Shown here one piece after another: positions 35,447 to 44,913 of a DNA stretch of 64,000 nucleotides. Positions within the stretch are counted from its first letter, which is position 1. The number at the start of each line of letters is the position of its first letter. The notes under the pieces are model-generated. The model worked only from the letters and a program-made list of their open reading frames with translations, was not told the origin of the DNA and made no database searches. Origin of the DNA: an uncultured Chloroflexaceae bacterium (GTDB taxonomy: Bacteria > Chloroflexota > Chloroflexia > Chloroflexales > Chloroflexaceae); assembly GCA_964526735.1 (NCBI GenBank), contig CAZGLO010000001.1, positions 6,214-70,213 on the forward strand, given 5' to 3'. A program made the translations under genes and the position numbers.

Positions 35447-37065
35447 AGCCGCTCATGCACCCGCTCTAGCAACACAAATTCCCCCTCATCCACGACCGTG
35501 CGCCACCTATCGCTTGCCTGCCACGTACGCAGTTGTATCAATGCGTCTGGCGGTACCTCCCGCAAATCGGCTATCAGATACTCGCCCCGCTCTGCGAACG
35601 TTGGCGGGTAGATGATATTGCCGGGGAAAAAGTAGAGTTCACGGCGGCGGGCAAGATGTGCCCCAAATGCGCTCGTTGCCGTCACGGCAGCATCATCCGG
35701 CACCCGCTCTAGCAACCGATGTGCCGCAGCAATATGCTCATTATCGCGGTCACGGGTAAAGAGATGGATCAATGGCGTGCGGAGGGTCAGATTGGCGATC
35801 AACGTCGCCGCCACCAGCATACCTACTCCCCACCCCACACGTCGTTGAAGCCATAGAGCATTTTGCGCTTGGGAATGGGCTTGAAACTGTTTTCTGTCAT
35901 CAGTGTCGTCGTCCTGTCGTTGGGAGCGTTGACGCTGATGACGCTTCGCCGACACCCACCGACACCCATCAACCACCGCATACAGCGTTGCAATCAGCAG
36001 GAAGGGGATCAAGAATGCCTGGTAGTGATACCGGATACTCCAATGAATGTGGTCGGGAGAGAGCAGGTTGATCATCAGCGATGGCAGCGCAATCATCAGG
36101 ATATCGGGCTTCAGCAGGGGGAGGAAGAGGAGCGGGCCGAAGAGATCGACCAAGTACCTCATCTTCTCCCACGTTAGGATGTGCGTCAAAACGTAGCCTG
36201 GCCGCATCAGGATGGTCTGTATCATCGCGACGGGGCCATCGCCCAGCCAGGAAAAGAGAAACCCATAAAGAAAGCCATGATCGGCGCGGAAGAGCGGGAT
36301 GAGCACTTTAACGCACACCGCCACCCACCCAACTCCCAATACCACCGGCACAAGGCTCCACATCCACGGACGGCGGTGCCACAGCGCATACATGCCCATC
36401 ATCGCGAAGGCAAACCCGCCATCGGAGCGCGTCCACATCGCTAGGATACCCATTGCTAAGAACCACCACAGCCGTTTGCGCTCAAAGAAGAAAAATGCCC
36501 ATAGAAGGAGCACTGTCCCGACGGTGCGTATCTGAAACTCGTAAAGAATGGCATATTGCACCGGCAGTGAGCCAAGATAGAGTATCCCGCCACTCAACCC
36601 CACCCACTCACTCACCCCTATCCGGCGGGCAGTAGAGGGAGAAGGGATATCGCTCTCCAGCGCCACGCTCCGCCATCGGTCGCGGGCAAGGAGGAAAATC
36701 GGCACGGCCCCCGATGCGGCAATCGCCACTTGGAGGATGAGCAAGGTCTCTGTGCGCGGCACCAAGGCATAAATCGGCGCAAGCAGCAGCTCTGTAATGA
36801 TAATATCGACGCCAAGATAGCTGTGTGTGGCGGCTTTGGGCGATATTTCCGCAAGCCGACCGTGGATCGTATTCCAGATTGCCTGCTCGTGAACGGCTAA
36901 ATCGAACCCCATCCAGAACGAGTGGTGCTTGTAGAGGGCCGCGGCAGAAAAAATCACCGCATAGCCCACTACCATCGCGGCGAGCAGCCCATACCCCGAC
37001 CAAAAAGACCCTCTGCCCAACCATTGCCCTGAACATTGCCCTGAACATTGGCGCATGTGGCGCAT
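35443..37065 (-). CDS. DUF2079-family polytopic membrane protein
   Basis: FWMGFDLAVHEQAIWNTIHGRL near the N-terminus matches the DUF2079 signature (fDLgifdQalwn). Multiple TM segments. Confidence 0.8.
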   Translation of the reverse strand: MRHMRQCSGQCSGQWLGRGSFWSGYGLLAAMVVGYAVIFSAAALYKHHSFWMGFDLAVHEQAIWNTIHGRLAEISPKAATHSYLGVDIIITELLLAPIYALVPRTETLLILQVAIAASGAVPIFLLARDRWRSVALESDIPSPSTARRIGVSEWVGLSGGILYLGSLPVQYAILYEFQIRTVGTVLLLWAFFFFERKRLWWFLAMGILAMWTRSDGGFAFAMMGMYALWHRRPWMWSLVPVVLGVGWVAVCVKVLIPLFRADHGFLYGFLFSWLGDGPVAMIQTILMRPGYVLTHILTWEKMRYLVDLFGPLLFLPLLKPDILMIALPSLMINLLSPDHIHWSIRYHYQAFLIPFLLIATLYAVVDGCRWVSAKRHQRQRSQRQDDDTDDRKQFQAHSQAQNALWLQRRVGWGVGMLVAATLIANLTLRTPLIHLFTRDRDNEHIAAAHRLLERVPDDAAVTATSAFGAHLARRRELYFFPGNIIYPPTFAERGEYLIADLREVPPDALIQLRTWQASDRWRTVVDEGEFVLLERVHERL

Positions 37066-37071
37066 TATGGG

Positions 37072-37761
37072 CTATTTCGCCCGTTGGCCAGCAGCCACGA
37101 TACCATTGCCGATGACCGGCGGGTAGGGCACGTGAAGCCGCATCTTCAGCTTGCGAGAGGAGAGTGTCCACGCCGGTTTGAGGCCGGTCTTCCACCGCAC
37201 GCGCTCAAAGCCGACTGAGAACAGCTCATCCGCAAGCCGTATGGGGTCATAGAGATTGACGTGTGTCGGGTCGGTGTCGCCGCTCCACGCCTCGCCGCGC
37301 GCTTTGGCGATGAGCCGCCGTATATCCCACAGATTGGGCGTGGTGATGATAATATGGCCGCCAATACGCAGAACACGCATGCATTCAGACAGCAGCGGGC
37401 GACCATGCTTGATATGCTCAATTACTTCGCTCATCAGGATAATATCAAAGCTCTTGTTTGAAAAGGGAAGTGGCTTTTCAACATTTGCCTGCACCACATC
37501 GGCATTGGGCGCGGCGTGTTGCGCTTCGACGAGCGGGAAATGGATAAGATCAAGCCCCACCACGTCGGCCCCTTGCGAGCTGACGTAGCGGAGGCCCGGC
37601 CCCGCCCCACACCCCAGGTCGAGGATGCGACCGGTCGGCTTGACCTTGGCCATCGCAAAGATACGCCCATATTGCCAGGCCACCTTCGCATCTGATTTGC
37701 TGACCTGTGGAGCAAAATACTCCTGGTCATAGTCTTGAATATCTGGAGAATAGGTATTCAT
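37072..37761 (-). CDS. Class I SAM-dependent methyltransferase
   Basis: Start re-picked at ATG 37761. Motif I ILDLGCGAGPG, then FDIILMSEVIEH. Confidence 0.85.
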   Translation of the reverse strand: MNTYSPDIQDYDQEYFAPQVSKSDAKVAWQYGRIFAMAKVKPTGRILDLGCGAGPGLRYVSSQGADVVGLDLIHFPLVEAQHAAPNADVVQANVEKPLPFSNKSFDIILMSEVIEHIKHGRPLLSECMRVLRIGGHIIITTPNLWDIRRLIAKARGEAWSGDTDPTHVNLYDPIRLADELFSVGFERVRWKTGLKPAWTLSSRKLKMRLHVPYPPVIGNGIVAAGQRAK

Positions 37762-37792
37762 CGAGGTTCCTTTCAATAAGCACACCCGTGTG

Positions 37793-38737
37793 TTATTGTC
37801 GTTTGAGCGGCAAAAACCCCCCACCCAATGCTTGGTGCGCGTTTTCAATCACCAAAAAGGCCTTCGGGTCAACATCCGCGACGACTTCCCGTAATTCTAT
37901 CACTTGTGAGCGATACACCGTACACCACACCATCGACCGCGTTTGCCCCGTGTAGCCGCCGGTGACATTCCAGCTACTCGCCCCGCGGCTGAGCCTACTC
38001 ATCAGCGCTACCGTCATATCGGTGGGGTGTTCAGTGATAATCATCGCCGTGCGCACCATACTTGGCCCCTCGAGCACAAAATCGGACGCCAGCCCTGCAA
38101 AGAAAAGTGTTATTGCACTGTGGAGGGCGATTTCCCATCCGAACACCAGTGATGATACCATAATTGTCAGGCCATCAATGTAGATGTAGATCTGGCTAAG
38201 GGGGATGCCCGTCTTCCGCTGCAGAATCCGCCCTAAGACACTCGTGCCACCTGGCGTGCCACCGGCGCGGTAAACCAACCCCGTCCCCAAGCCGTAGATA
38301 ATGCCTGCATAGACCGCGCTGAGGAACATATCATCGGTGATGGGGAACTCGACAATGGTGGGTAAAAACCAGATAAAGAAGTCTGTCCCCACCGAAAACA
38401 CAATAACCGACAGGAGGGTATAGGAGACAAACCCCCATCGCCCTAAATGCCGAAACCCAAGCCAGAGCATGGGGAGGTTGAGGGTAAAGAAAAGTGTCCC
38501 CAATGGCCAGTCGGTGTAGTGGTTGATGATGATGCTTATCCCACTCAGCCCGCCCGCCGCCAGATCATAGGGCACTTGGAAGAGGGAATACCCAAGGGCC
38601 GCGAATAATGTCCCGATGATAATCACGGCAAACCGGCGAACGACGTAGAAATAGCCCGACCGAGCTATCTGATCACGCACCGATGTCAAATTGGGGATAT
38701 TCTGCAGATTAATGTTTTGTAACTTACGAGGCTTCAT
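37793..38737 (-). CDS. YitT-family membrane protein (with C-terminal DUF2179)
   Basis: AAGGLSGISIIINHYT.., five to six TM segments, and a C-terminal soluble domain typical of YitT/DUF2179. Confidence 0.8.
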   Translation of the reverse strand: MKPRKLQNINLQNIPNLTSVRDQIARSGYFYVVRRFAVIIIGTLFAALGYSLFQVPYDLAAGGLSGISIIINHYTDWPLGTLFFTLNLPMLWLGFRHLGRWGFVSYTLLSVIVFSVGTDFFIWFLPTIVEFPITDDMFLSAVYAGIIYGLGTGLVYRAGGTPGGTSVLGRILQRKTGIPLSQIYIYIDGLTIMVSSLVFGWEIALHSAITLFFAGLASDFVLEGPSMVRTAMIITEHPTDMTVALMSRLSRGASSWNVTGGYTGQTRSMVWCTVYRSQVIELREVVADVDPKAFLVIENAHQALGGGFLPLKRQ

Positions 38738-38774
38738 ATGTTCCTTATTAGCCTACCTGGTTTTGATGATATGA

Positions 38775-40889
38775 TTACTGTATCCACACTCTCGCCAACG
38801 CCACGTCTCGTGGATATGGCTCCGTCACGCTCTCAACCGAGAGTGGTGCTTCAAACGAAAGAATGATAGTTGATTCTTCTCTTCCCGCTATATTGCCCTC
38901 CTCCTCTGGAAAAGGAACCGTTTTGGTTTGCCAAGTGTCGCCCACGACCACCGTCGCGATGTTCTGCTGTTGGTAGAACACGTCTACGGGTGTATTGGGA
39001 ACAGGTGCTCGCACAAGAAACGAGATTGTCTGCTGATGTGGGTCGGTGGATGAGCGAGGAGATGATGGCCGGAAGCGCACATCTGCCCGTCCGGTCGTCC
39101 ACCGGAACGGGTGGCCTGCCTCATCCACCGTCAAGGCAGAGACGCCCCGCATCACGCCCGCCGCCGGTGCTGCCAATGAGAGATCGTGGTCTGCCGCGGC
39201 GGGGAATCTATCCCATGCCCACGCATAGAGCTGATTGTTATCCCACCCCACCGCCGCGATCTGCTGCATTGCCGATCGTACGCCTTCCTCATCGCCCAAC
39301 CGGCGCGCCGTATCAAGCAGGCGAAGCTGGATTGAGGTCAGTTGGGGGGCATATTCCGCCGCCGTGCGGTAGGCAGAGAAGGCCGGATACCACCGTTGAT
39401 GCTCATAATGCCAATCGCCGCACGCCACCGCAGGAGCATAGTGGTCTGGAGCCGCGGCAAATGCCTGTTCTATGGCGTGTGTGCCGCCGCCAAGCCGTGA
39501 TACCAGTAACCACCACTGGCTCTGCAGGAAGGGCAGGTAGGCGTGTGAGTAGAGGAGACCTGCCATCACCACCGCCCCGCCTATCGCCCCTGCTTTGCGA
39601 TACCACCTTCCCCACGCCACCCGTCGGAAGACGATGCGCGGGTGGGCAAGCGCATAGGCTGCATAGACAAGCAGCGTAATCATCAATGGCAGACGGAGGC
39701 GGGGGTGGCCCAATGAGACCGCGCTCAACAGCGTCCCGTAGAGCGGCCACATCAGCAGCGGCAGATTGACGTTTGCCCGCCGCATGCCCATCACCCCGCC
39801 CACGGCCAGAACGAGGATGAGGAGGTAGACCGCGTCCGACAGGAAGGCGAACCCAATCGACCGCTCATCCAGCGTGATGCCAATCGGCCCATTCCCCGCA
39901 AAGAGCCGTATATCAAACTGCCACAGCGAAACGGCTTTATAGCGCATACGGGTCAGGAATGTCAGCGGTTCGCGGGCGATGTTATCAAGCGCACGCGCCA
40001 TCGCCACCTGCTGTCGCACGGCAGAGTTGGGGATGGTATCATTCCACACGCCCTGAAGCTCGCGCTCATTGGGTTCTCGCAAGTTGCCCAACCAGAAACT
40101 CACCCCGCCGTTGGTATCGACCAGCACCACCTGATCATACACCAGGTAGTTACGGATAGACCACGGCGCAAGCACCACCACAAACCCAATCAGCAGCGCC
40201 ACCGCCGGTACTATCGCAAAGGGCGAGAAAAGCGAAGAGAGGCGAGTGCGGATGGTAGTGCCAAGCTGTTGAGGCATTTCTGTGGGTTGTTCCTTCCCTG
40301 CCGCCACCCACACCACCCATAAGATGAGCAGCGGTGTCGCATAGAGGCTGATTGGTCGGGTCAGCGTCGCGATGGCCCACACCGCCCCTCCTGCCAACAA
40401 CCACGGCCAATGCATCTGCCGTTTGCGCGCCATCTCAAAGAGCAAAAATGCTCCTGCCAATGCGGCAATGAAGAGGGTTTCGGAGAGCAGTTGGCTTGCA
40501 TAGCTAGCGTAAGGAGGGAAGATGGCTCCAAGCGCGGCGGCGGCGACACCAGCACGGCGGCTCTCAAAGATACTCCTCGCCAACGTGGCAAAGATGACCG
40601 TCGTCAGGACACTTACCACGCATTGGATGGCCATCGCGGCGGGGATATTCACCCCTACAATCGCAAAAACCGCCGCCAGGAAAAAAGACATGACCGGCGG
40701 GCGAAGCCATTGGCCATCATCGTAGTAGTTGCCCTGCAACAGCAGGTGGATGGCCCCACGGTAGTATTCATCCTGGTCGCCCGGGTAGATCATACCGGCT
40801 TGGCCCTGGTCGTGCCACAGCCATAGCCGAAAGACAAGCCCAATCAGAGAGGTCAGGACAAGGGATAGGATATAGGTGCGTCGGCTCAT
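38775..40889 (-). CDS. PMT/ArnT-like (GT39-type) membrane glycosyltransferase with C-terminal TPR-like region
   Basis: LVLTSLIGLVFRLWLW..DQDEYYRGAIHLL..GQWLRPPVMSFFLA. Paralogous to 25597..27846. Confidence 0.75.
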   Translation of the reverse strand: MSRRTYILSLVLTSLIGLVFRLWLWHDQGQAGMIYPGDQDEYYRGAIHLLLQGNYYDDGQWLRPPVMSFFLAAVFAIVGVNIPAAMAIQCVVSVLTTVIFATLARSIFESRRAGVAAAALGAIFPPYASYASQLLSETLFIAALAGAFLLFEMARKRQMHWPWLLAGGAVWAIATLTRPISLYATPLLILWVVWVAAGKEQPTEMPQQLGTTIRTRLSSLFSPFAIVPAVALLIGFVVVLAPWSIRNYLVYDQVVLVDTNGGVSFWLGNLREPNERELQGVWNDTIPNSAVRQQVAMARALDNIAREPLTFLTRMRYKAVSLWQFDIRLFAGNGPIGITLDERSIGFAFLSDAVYLLILVLAVGGVMGMRRANVNLPLLMWPLYGTLLSAVSLGHPRLRLPLMITLLVYAAYALAHPRIVFRRVAWGRWYRKAGAIGGAVVMAGLLYSHAYLPFLQSQWWLLVSRLGGGTHAIEQAFAAAPDHYAPAVACGDWHYEHQRWYPAFSAYRTAAEYAPQLTSIQLRLLDTARRLGDEEGVRSAMQQIAAVGWDNNQLYAWAWDRFPAAADHDLSLAAPAAGVMRGVSALTVDEAGHPFRWTTGRADVRFRPSSPRSSTDPHQQTISFLVRAPVPNTPVDVFYQQQNIATVVVGDTWQTKTVPFPEEEGNIAGREESTIILSFEAPLSVESVTEPYPRDVALARVWIQ

Positions 40890-40928
40890 AGAAATCTCGT
40901 GTTATTGGTATCACGATAGCGCATTATA

Positions 40929-42563
40929 TCATCTTTCAACAAGCTTCGTTATGAGCCGTCGGAAAGGCAAACGGCTCTCAATCAGCCGCCGTCGGTCATC
41001 GGCCTCCAGCCCGCCCAACTGCCGCAGCAAGACGCCGAAGCTGATCGCCCCCGCCGTCGTGATGACCAACACCAGTCCGGCAGCGATCAACCGCTCCCCA
41101 ATGCTCTCTCCGACCGTGTCTATCCCAAATGCATATTTCAGTCCCATCACCACGACGATCATCCCCAAGGCAGCAAGCGTCACCCGCCCAAAGAAGCGCC
41201 ACGAATAGCGCAGGGGGAAGAGCCGGTGTGCCAGCAAAAGCGTGACCAAGCCGGTCACCACCCGTCCGCCACCGACCGCCAATGCCGCACCAATCAGCCC
41301 ATACTGCGAGGCAGCCCATACCATAATCGGCACAATCAGCAGGGTGAGGGTGCGGGGGAGGATGAGGAACGTGTATCGCTCGTAGACTTGCAGGACGATT
41401 TGGGCGCTGCTCAGGAACGACTCGATGAAGAGGCACGGGGTTAGCACATAGACGACCATCGCCGCGTTGGCATATTGGGGGTATTGCACCAAGATAATCT
41501 CGTGGGCAAGCAGCATCAACCCCACCCCGCCCGGCACCAATATCAGGAAGAGGATGCGCCCTATCGCGGCATAGGCCTCTTCAAGCGTCCCATCGCCGCC
41601 GCGCACCCGCGTAAAGAGTGGCACCTGTATGCCGACAAGCGGCGTGTAGAGCAATGCCAACGCTTGCCGTACCATCGCGGTGCCGGTGGTATAGAGCGCC
41701 ACTTGCGCCAGATCTCCCAGCAGGAAAACCGCAAAATACCAACTAATCAGGTAGTCGCTGATGTTGAGGACGTTTGACATACCTGTGTAGAGCGTAAACC
41801 GCTTCCAGAAGGGCTGAGTAGGTAGGGTATCTGGTTTGCGAACAGGTGGGGGCGAGGGCGGGGAACGGTGGCCTTGGAGCACTTGCCACCCCGCCAACAC
41901 CACACTGAGTACCGGCGTGATGACCATCGCCGCAAGCACCCCGCCAATCCCCTTGCCAAGCAACACAAGGATAGAGGCAAGCAGCGGCTGCAAGACGCTC
42001 CCCAACAGCCCAATGAGGTTCCAGGCGCGCTGGCGGAAATAGCTGATGAGGTAGGCCATCAAGCCGTCGTAGAAGCTGCCCAAGATGACCAATGCAATCA
42101 CCACGGCAATCAGCCACGGCGTAAGTTGCACCACATCCTGCTCCAACGCCGCCCGCACGCTATCGAACCGTTCGGGGAGTTGGTGCACGCGCTCAATGAG
42201 ATAGCCCGTGAAGCGGTGGGAAAAGAGGAGGAACAGCACCGTAAAGCCAACAAGCAATGCCCCCTTCACAAGGAAAATTGCCGTCATAAAACGCCCGACG
42301 TGTGCCCGCCCTTGCTGTTGCTCTAGCTCTGGGATGAAGCGCGGGAGCGCGCGGTCAATGCCAAAATCCACCCAAATGCCCAAACTCGCCGCCGCAGAGC
42401 TGACAAGCCGCAAAAGCCCGACGTGGGGAAGGGGGAGGATGTTGAGGATAATGATGTTGGAAACAAGCTCTGTGATGGTCTTGAGCGGGGCGAGTAGGGT
42501 GTTCCACGCGACCGCACGCGATACTTGTTGGGCAAGCCCAGAAGGCCGAGTTGGTGTTGTCAT
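40929..42563 (-). CDS. MOP-superfamily polysaccharide flippase (Wzx-like)
   Basis: 544-aa ORF with about 14 TM segments and an N-terminal AWNTLLAPLKTITELVSNIIILNIL. Architecture typical of polysaccharide biosynthesis / oligosaccharide flippase proteins. Confidence 0.75.
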   Translation of the reverse strand: MTTPTRPSGLAQQVSRAVAWNTLLAPLKTITELVSNIIILNILPLPHVGLLRLVSSAAASLGIWVDFGIDRALPRFIPELEQQQGRAHVGRFMTAIFLVKGALLVGFTVLFLLFSHRFTGYLIERVHQLPERFDSVRAALEQDVVQLTPWLIAVVIALVILGSFYDGLMAYLISYFRQRAWNLIGLLGSVLQPLLASILVLLGKGIGGVLAAMVITPVLSVVLAGWQVLQGHRSPPSPPPVRKPDTLPTQPFWKRFTLYTGMSNVLNISDYLISWYFAVFLLGDLAQVALYTTGTAMVRQALALLYTPLVGIQVPLFTRVRGGDGTLEEAYAAIGRILFLILVPGGVGLMLLAHEIILVQYPQYANAAMVVYVLTPCLFIESFLSSAQIVLQVYERYTFLILPRTLTLLIVPIMVWAASQYGLIGAALAVGGGRVVTGLVTLLLAHRLFPLRYSWRFFGRVTLAALGMIVVVMGLKYAFGIDTVGESIGERLIAAGLVLVITTAGAISFGVLLRQLGGLEADDRRRLIESRLPFRRLITKLVER

Positions 42564-42613
42564 ATGAGTGGTATGGATGGTATGAATGATACGAATGGCA
42601 CGAAATACGTGCT

Positions 42614-42651
42614 ATGGAGCGATGTTGTATATGGAGCGATGTTGTATATGG
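42614..42651. repeat. 17-bp direct repeat ATGGAGCGATGTTGTAT x2.2 upstream of the flippase gene
   Basis: Read directly. Adjacent 9-bp periodic TGGTATGGA-like units at 42569-42595. Confidence 0.85.
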
Positions 42652-42732
42652 TTGCTGATATGAGCCTGCGCTATTGTACACCAACCTGGCCCCCTCACCC
42701 TATCGCGTTTGGCGGGAGAGGGATCTTCATGG

Positions 42733-44895
42733 CTAGTCAGAAACGTCCTGGCACCGCTCTAGCACGCGCACCAACTGCTCTATGTGCATCGGCTTGCTGA
42801 TATAGTCATCCATACCGGCGTTGAGGAGCCGTTCGCGGTCTCCCTGAAGCGAATGGGCGGTCATGGCGATGATGCGCGGTTGCTTATGGCGGGAAATTTG
42901 TTGGCGGATGATGCCCGTCGCTTCGATTCCGTCCATATCGGGCATCTGCACATCCATAAAGACGACGTTGTAGCGGAGCCGTTTGACCATATCAATCGCC
43001 TCAATGCCATTTGCGGCCAGATCCGCACGATACCCCATCCGATCCAGCAGCCGGGTGATCACTTTTTGGTTCACGGCATTGTCCTCAGCCACCAAAATGC
43101 GGAGCGGGATGGTTGTCGCGAGGTTCGGAATCTCCCGCCGTCCCTGGAAAGGACGCCCACGGCTGGTCTGCATCCCAGAACTCGTCTCTTGCTCCTTGGC
43201 GCAAACCGAAAGCAAACTTTGATAGAATGAGGCGAGTTTGACGGGCTTGATCAGGAAAATCACGTTCGGATCATCATAGGCTTCCGAATATTCGCGCGCC
43301 AGCCGGATCGGTATCCAGAGGATGAGCGGCGTGTCGTCGGAGGAGGTGCGGAGGGCGTGGATCATCGTCGGCTCATCATCTGCCAGCGGGTCGTTCATAT
43401 CGACCACAATCACGTCAAACGTTTCCCCCGACTCAAGCCGCCCAATGGCCTCTGCCTCGCTGGAGACAAGCGATAGCTGCATCCCCCACCATGTCAGGTG
43501 CTGCAGAAAGAACTCTTGCTGTGTTTTGTTGTTTTCAATGAGAAGCACCCGCTTTTTGGCCAATTCTGGCTGGTCACTTTTGAGGAAGTCGGGGAAATGC
43601 GGGGTTTGTTGGTCTTCCTCTACCTCGATAATGATATGGAAGCACGACCCCTGCCCCATCTCGCTCTCCACCCATATCGTCCCGCCCATCATCTCGGCAA
43701 GCCGCTTGCTGATGGCCAAACCAAGCCCTGTCCCGCCATATTTGCGCGTAGTCGATGCATCAACCTGCGTGAATGACCGAAAGAGGAGCCGGAGACGTTC
43801 GGCCGGAATGCCAATGCCGGTATCACGCACCGTGATCGAGATTTCGTAGCGCGGCGCGGGGGCGGTGTTGATAGGCAGCAAGTAATGCGATTCGGGGAGG
43901 ATGTCGAAATCGCGGTCGCGGATGCGCTTCACCCGCGACGAGACCGTCACCACCACCTCACCCTGATCGGTAAACTTGACGGCGTTGCTGAGCAGGTTGA
44001 CGATGATCTGCCGCAGCCGTGTCACATCGCCAAGCAATGAGGTTGGGGTGTGTTCGTCTATGATGTAGGACACATTGATCCGCTTCTCCGATGCTTTGTA
44101 GGCCACCAAATCCAGTGCTTCCTCAATGCAGTAGCGCAGATCGAAGGCATGGTGCTCTAATTCTAGCATCCCCGCCTCGATCTTGGAGAAATCAAGGATA
44201 TCGTTGATGATAGAGAGCAGAATTTCGCTACTTGCCCGCGTCGATTCGGCATAGTCATACTGCTCAGCATTGAGGTGGGTGTGCAGCAGGAGGTTTGTGA
44301 AGCCCAAAATCGCATTGAGCGGTGTGCGGATTTCGTGGCTCATATTGGCCAAAAACTCCGACTTGGCCCGCGTGGCGAGTTCTGCCTGCTCCCACGCCTT
44401 CTGGAGTTCTTCGTTCTTGCGAGAGAGGATATGCTGCGTTTTGTAGAGCTGGCGCGTGGTGGTGGAAAGCTCGTTGGTCAGCCGAAGATACTCTTGAGCG
44501 GCTTTTTCGTCAAGGGCAGGGATCGGCTCAGCAAAGAGGAGGATGTTGTGTTCTGCGGTGGGGGTGAGGTAGCACTCATATGTGGTTGGGAGATCTTGCT
44601 CGTTAACTGCAAAGTGGACATTGGCGTGTACAATGCGCTGTTCTTGTAGTGAAACATCCATCATCTCCCGAAACCGCACGACGCTGGTGCTCACCAACAG
44701 CTCTTTGATGTTGGTGGCGGTGGGGAGCTGGTTTTTTAGCCGGTCAATACTCGCATTCCATTCAAGGAGATTCCCCTGAGAGTCGAGGAGCGCGAATAAA
44801 CTTTTGCTATAGCGCAACAACACCCCCCTCCCATGACTGGCTATGGCTTTTACAAGCTCTGAATGAGCTTCGTCTGTATGATCCAAGTGTTCCAA
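42733..44895 (-). CDS. Hybrid sensor histidine kinase with two C-terminal receiver domains
   Basis: H-box FLANMSHEIRTPLNAILGF, G-boxes DTGIGIP and GGTGLGLAISKRL. Second receiver ILVAEDNAVNQKV..VFMDVQMPDMDG. TTG start with GGAGGTG RBS, 18 nt after the upstream stop. Confidence 0.9.
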   Translation of the reverse strand: MEHLDHTDEAHSELVKAIASHGRGVLLRYSKSLFALLDSQGNLLEWNASIDRLKNQLPTATNIKELLVSTSVVRFREMMDVSLQEQRIVHANVHFAVNEQDLPTTYECYLTPTAEHNILLFAEPIPALDEKAAQEYLRLTNELSTTTRQLYKTQHILSRKNEELQKAWEQAELATRAKSEFLANMSHEIRTPLNAILGFTNLLLHTHLNAEQYDYAESTRASSEILLSIINDILDFSKIEAGMLELEHHAFDLRYCIEEALDLVAYKASEKRINVSYIIDEHTPTSLLGDVTRLRQIIVNLLSNAVKFTDQGEVVVTVSSRVKRIRDRDFDILPESHYLLPINTAPAPRYEISITVRDTGIGIPAERLRLLFRSFTQVDASTTRKYGGTGLGLAISKRLAEMMGGTIWVESEMGQGSCFHIIIEVEEDQQTPHFPDFLKSDQPELAKKRVLLIENNKTQQEFFLQHLTWWGMQLSLVSSEAEAIGRLESGETFDVIVVDMNDPLADDEPTMIHALRTSSDDTPLILWIPIRLAREYSEAYDDPNVIFLIKPVKLASFYQSLLSVCAKEQETSSGMQTSRGRPFQGRREIPNLATTIPLRILVAEDNAVNQKVITRLLDRMGYRADLAANGIEAIDMVKRLRYNVVFMDVQMPDMDGIEATGIIRQQISRHKQPRIIAMTAHSLQGDRERLLNAGMDDYISKPMHIEQLVRVLERCQDVSD

Positions 44896-44913
44896 CAGTC
44901 ACCTCCCAAATGA

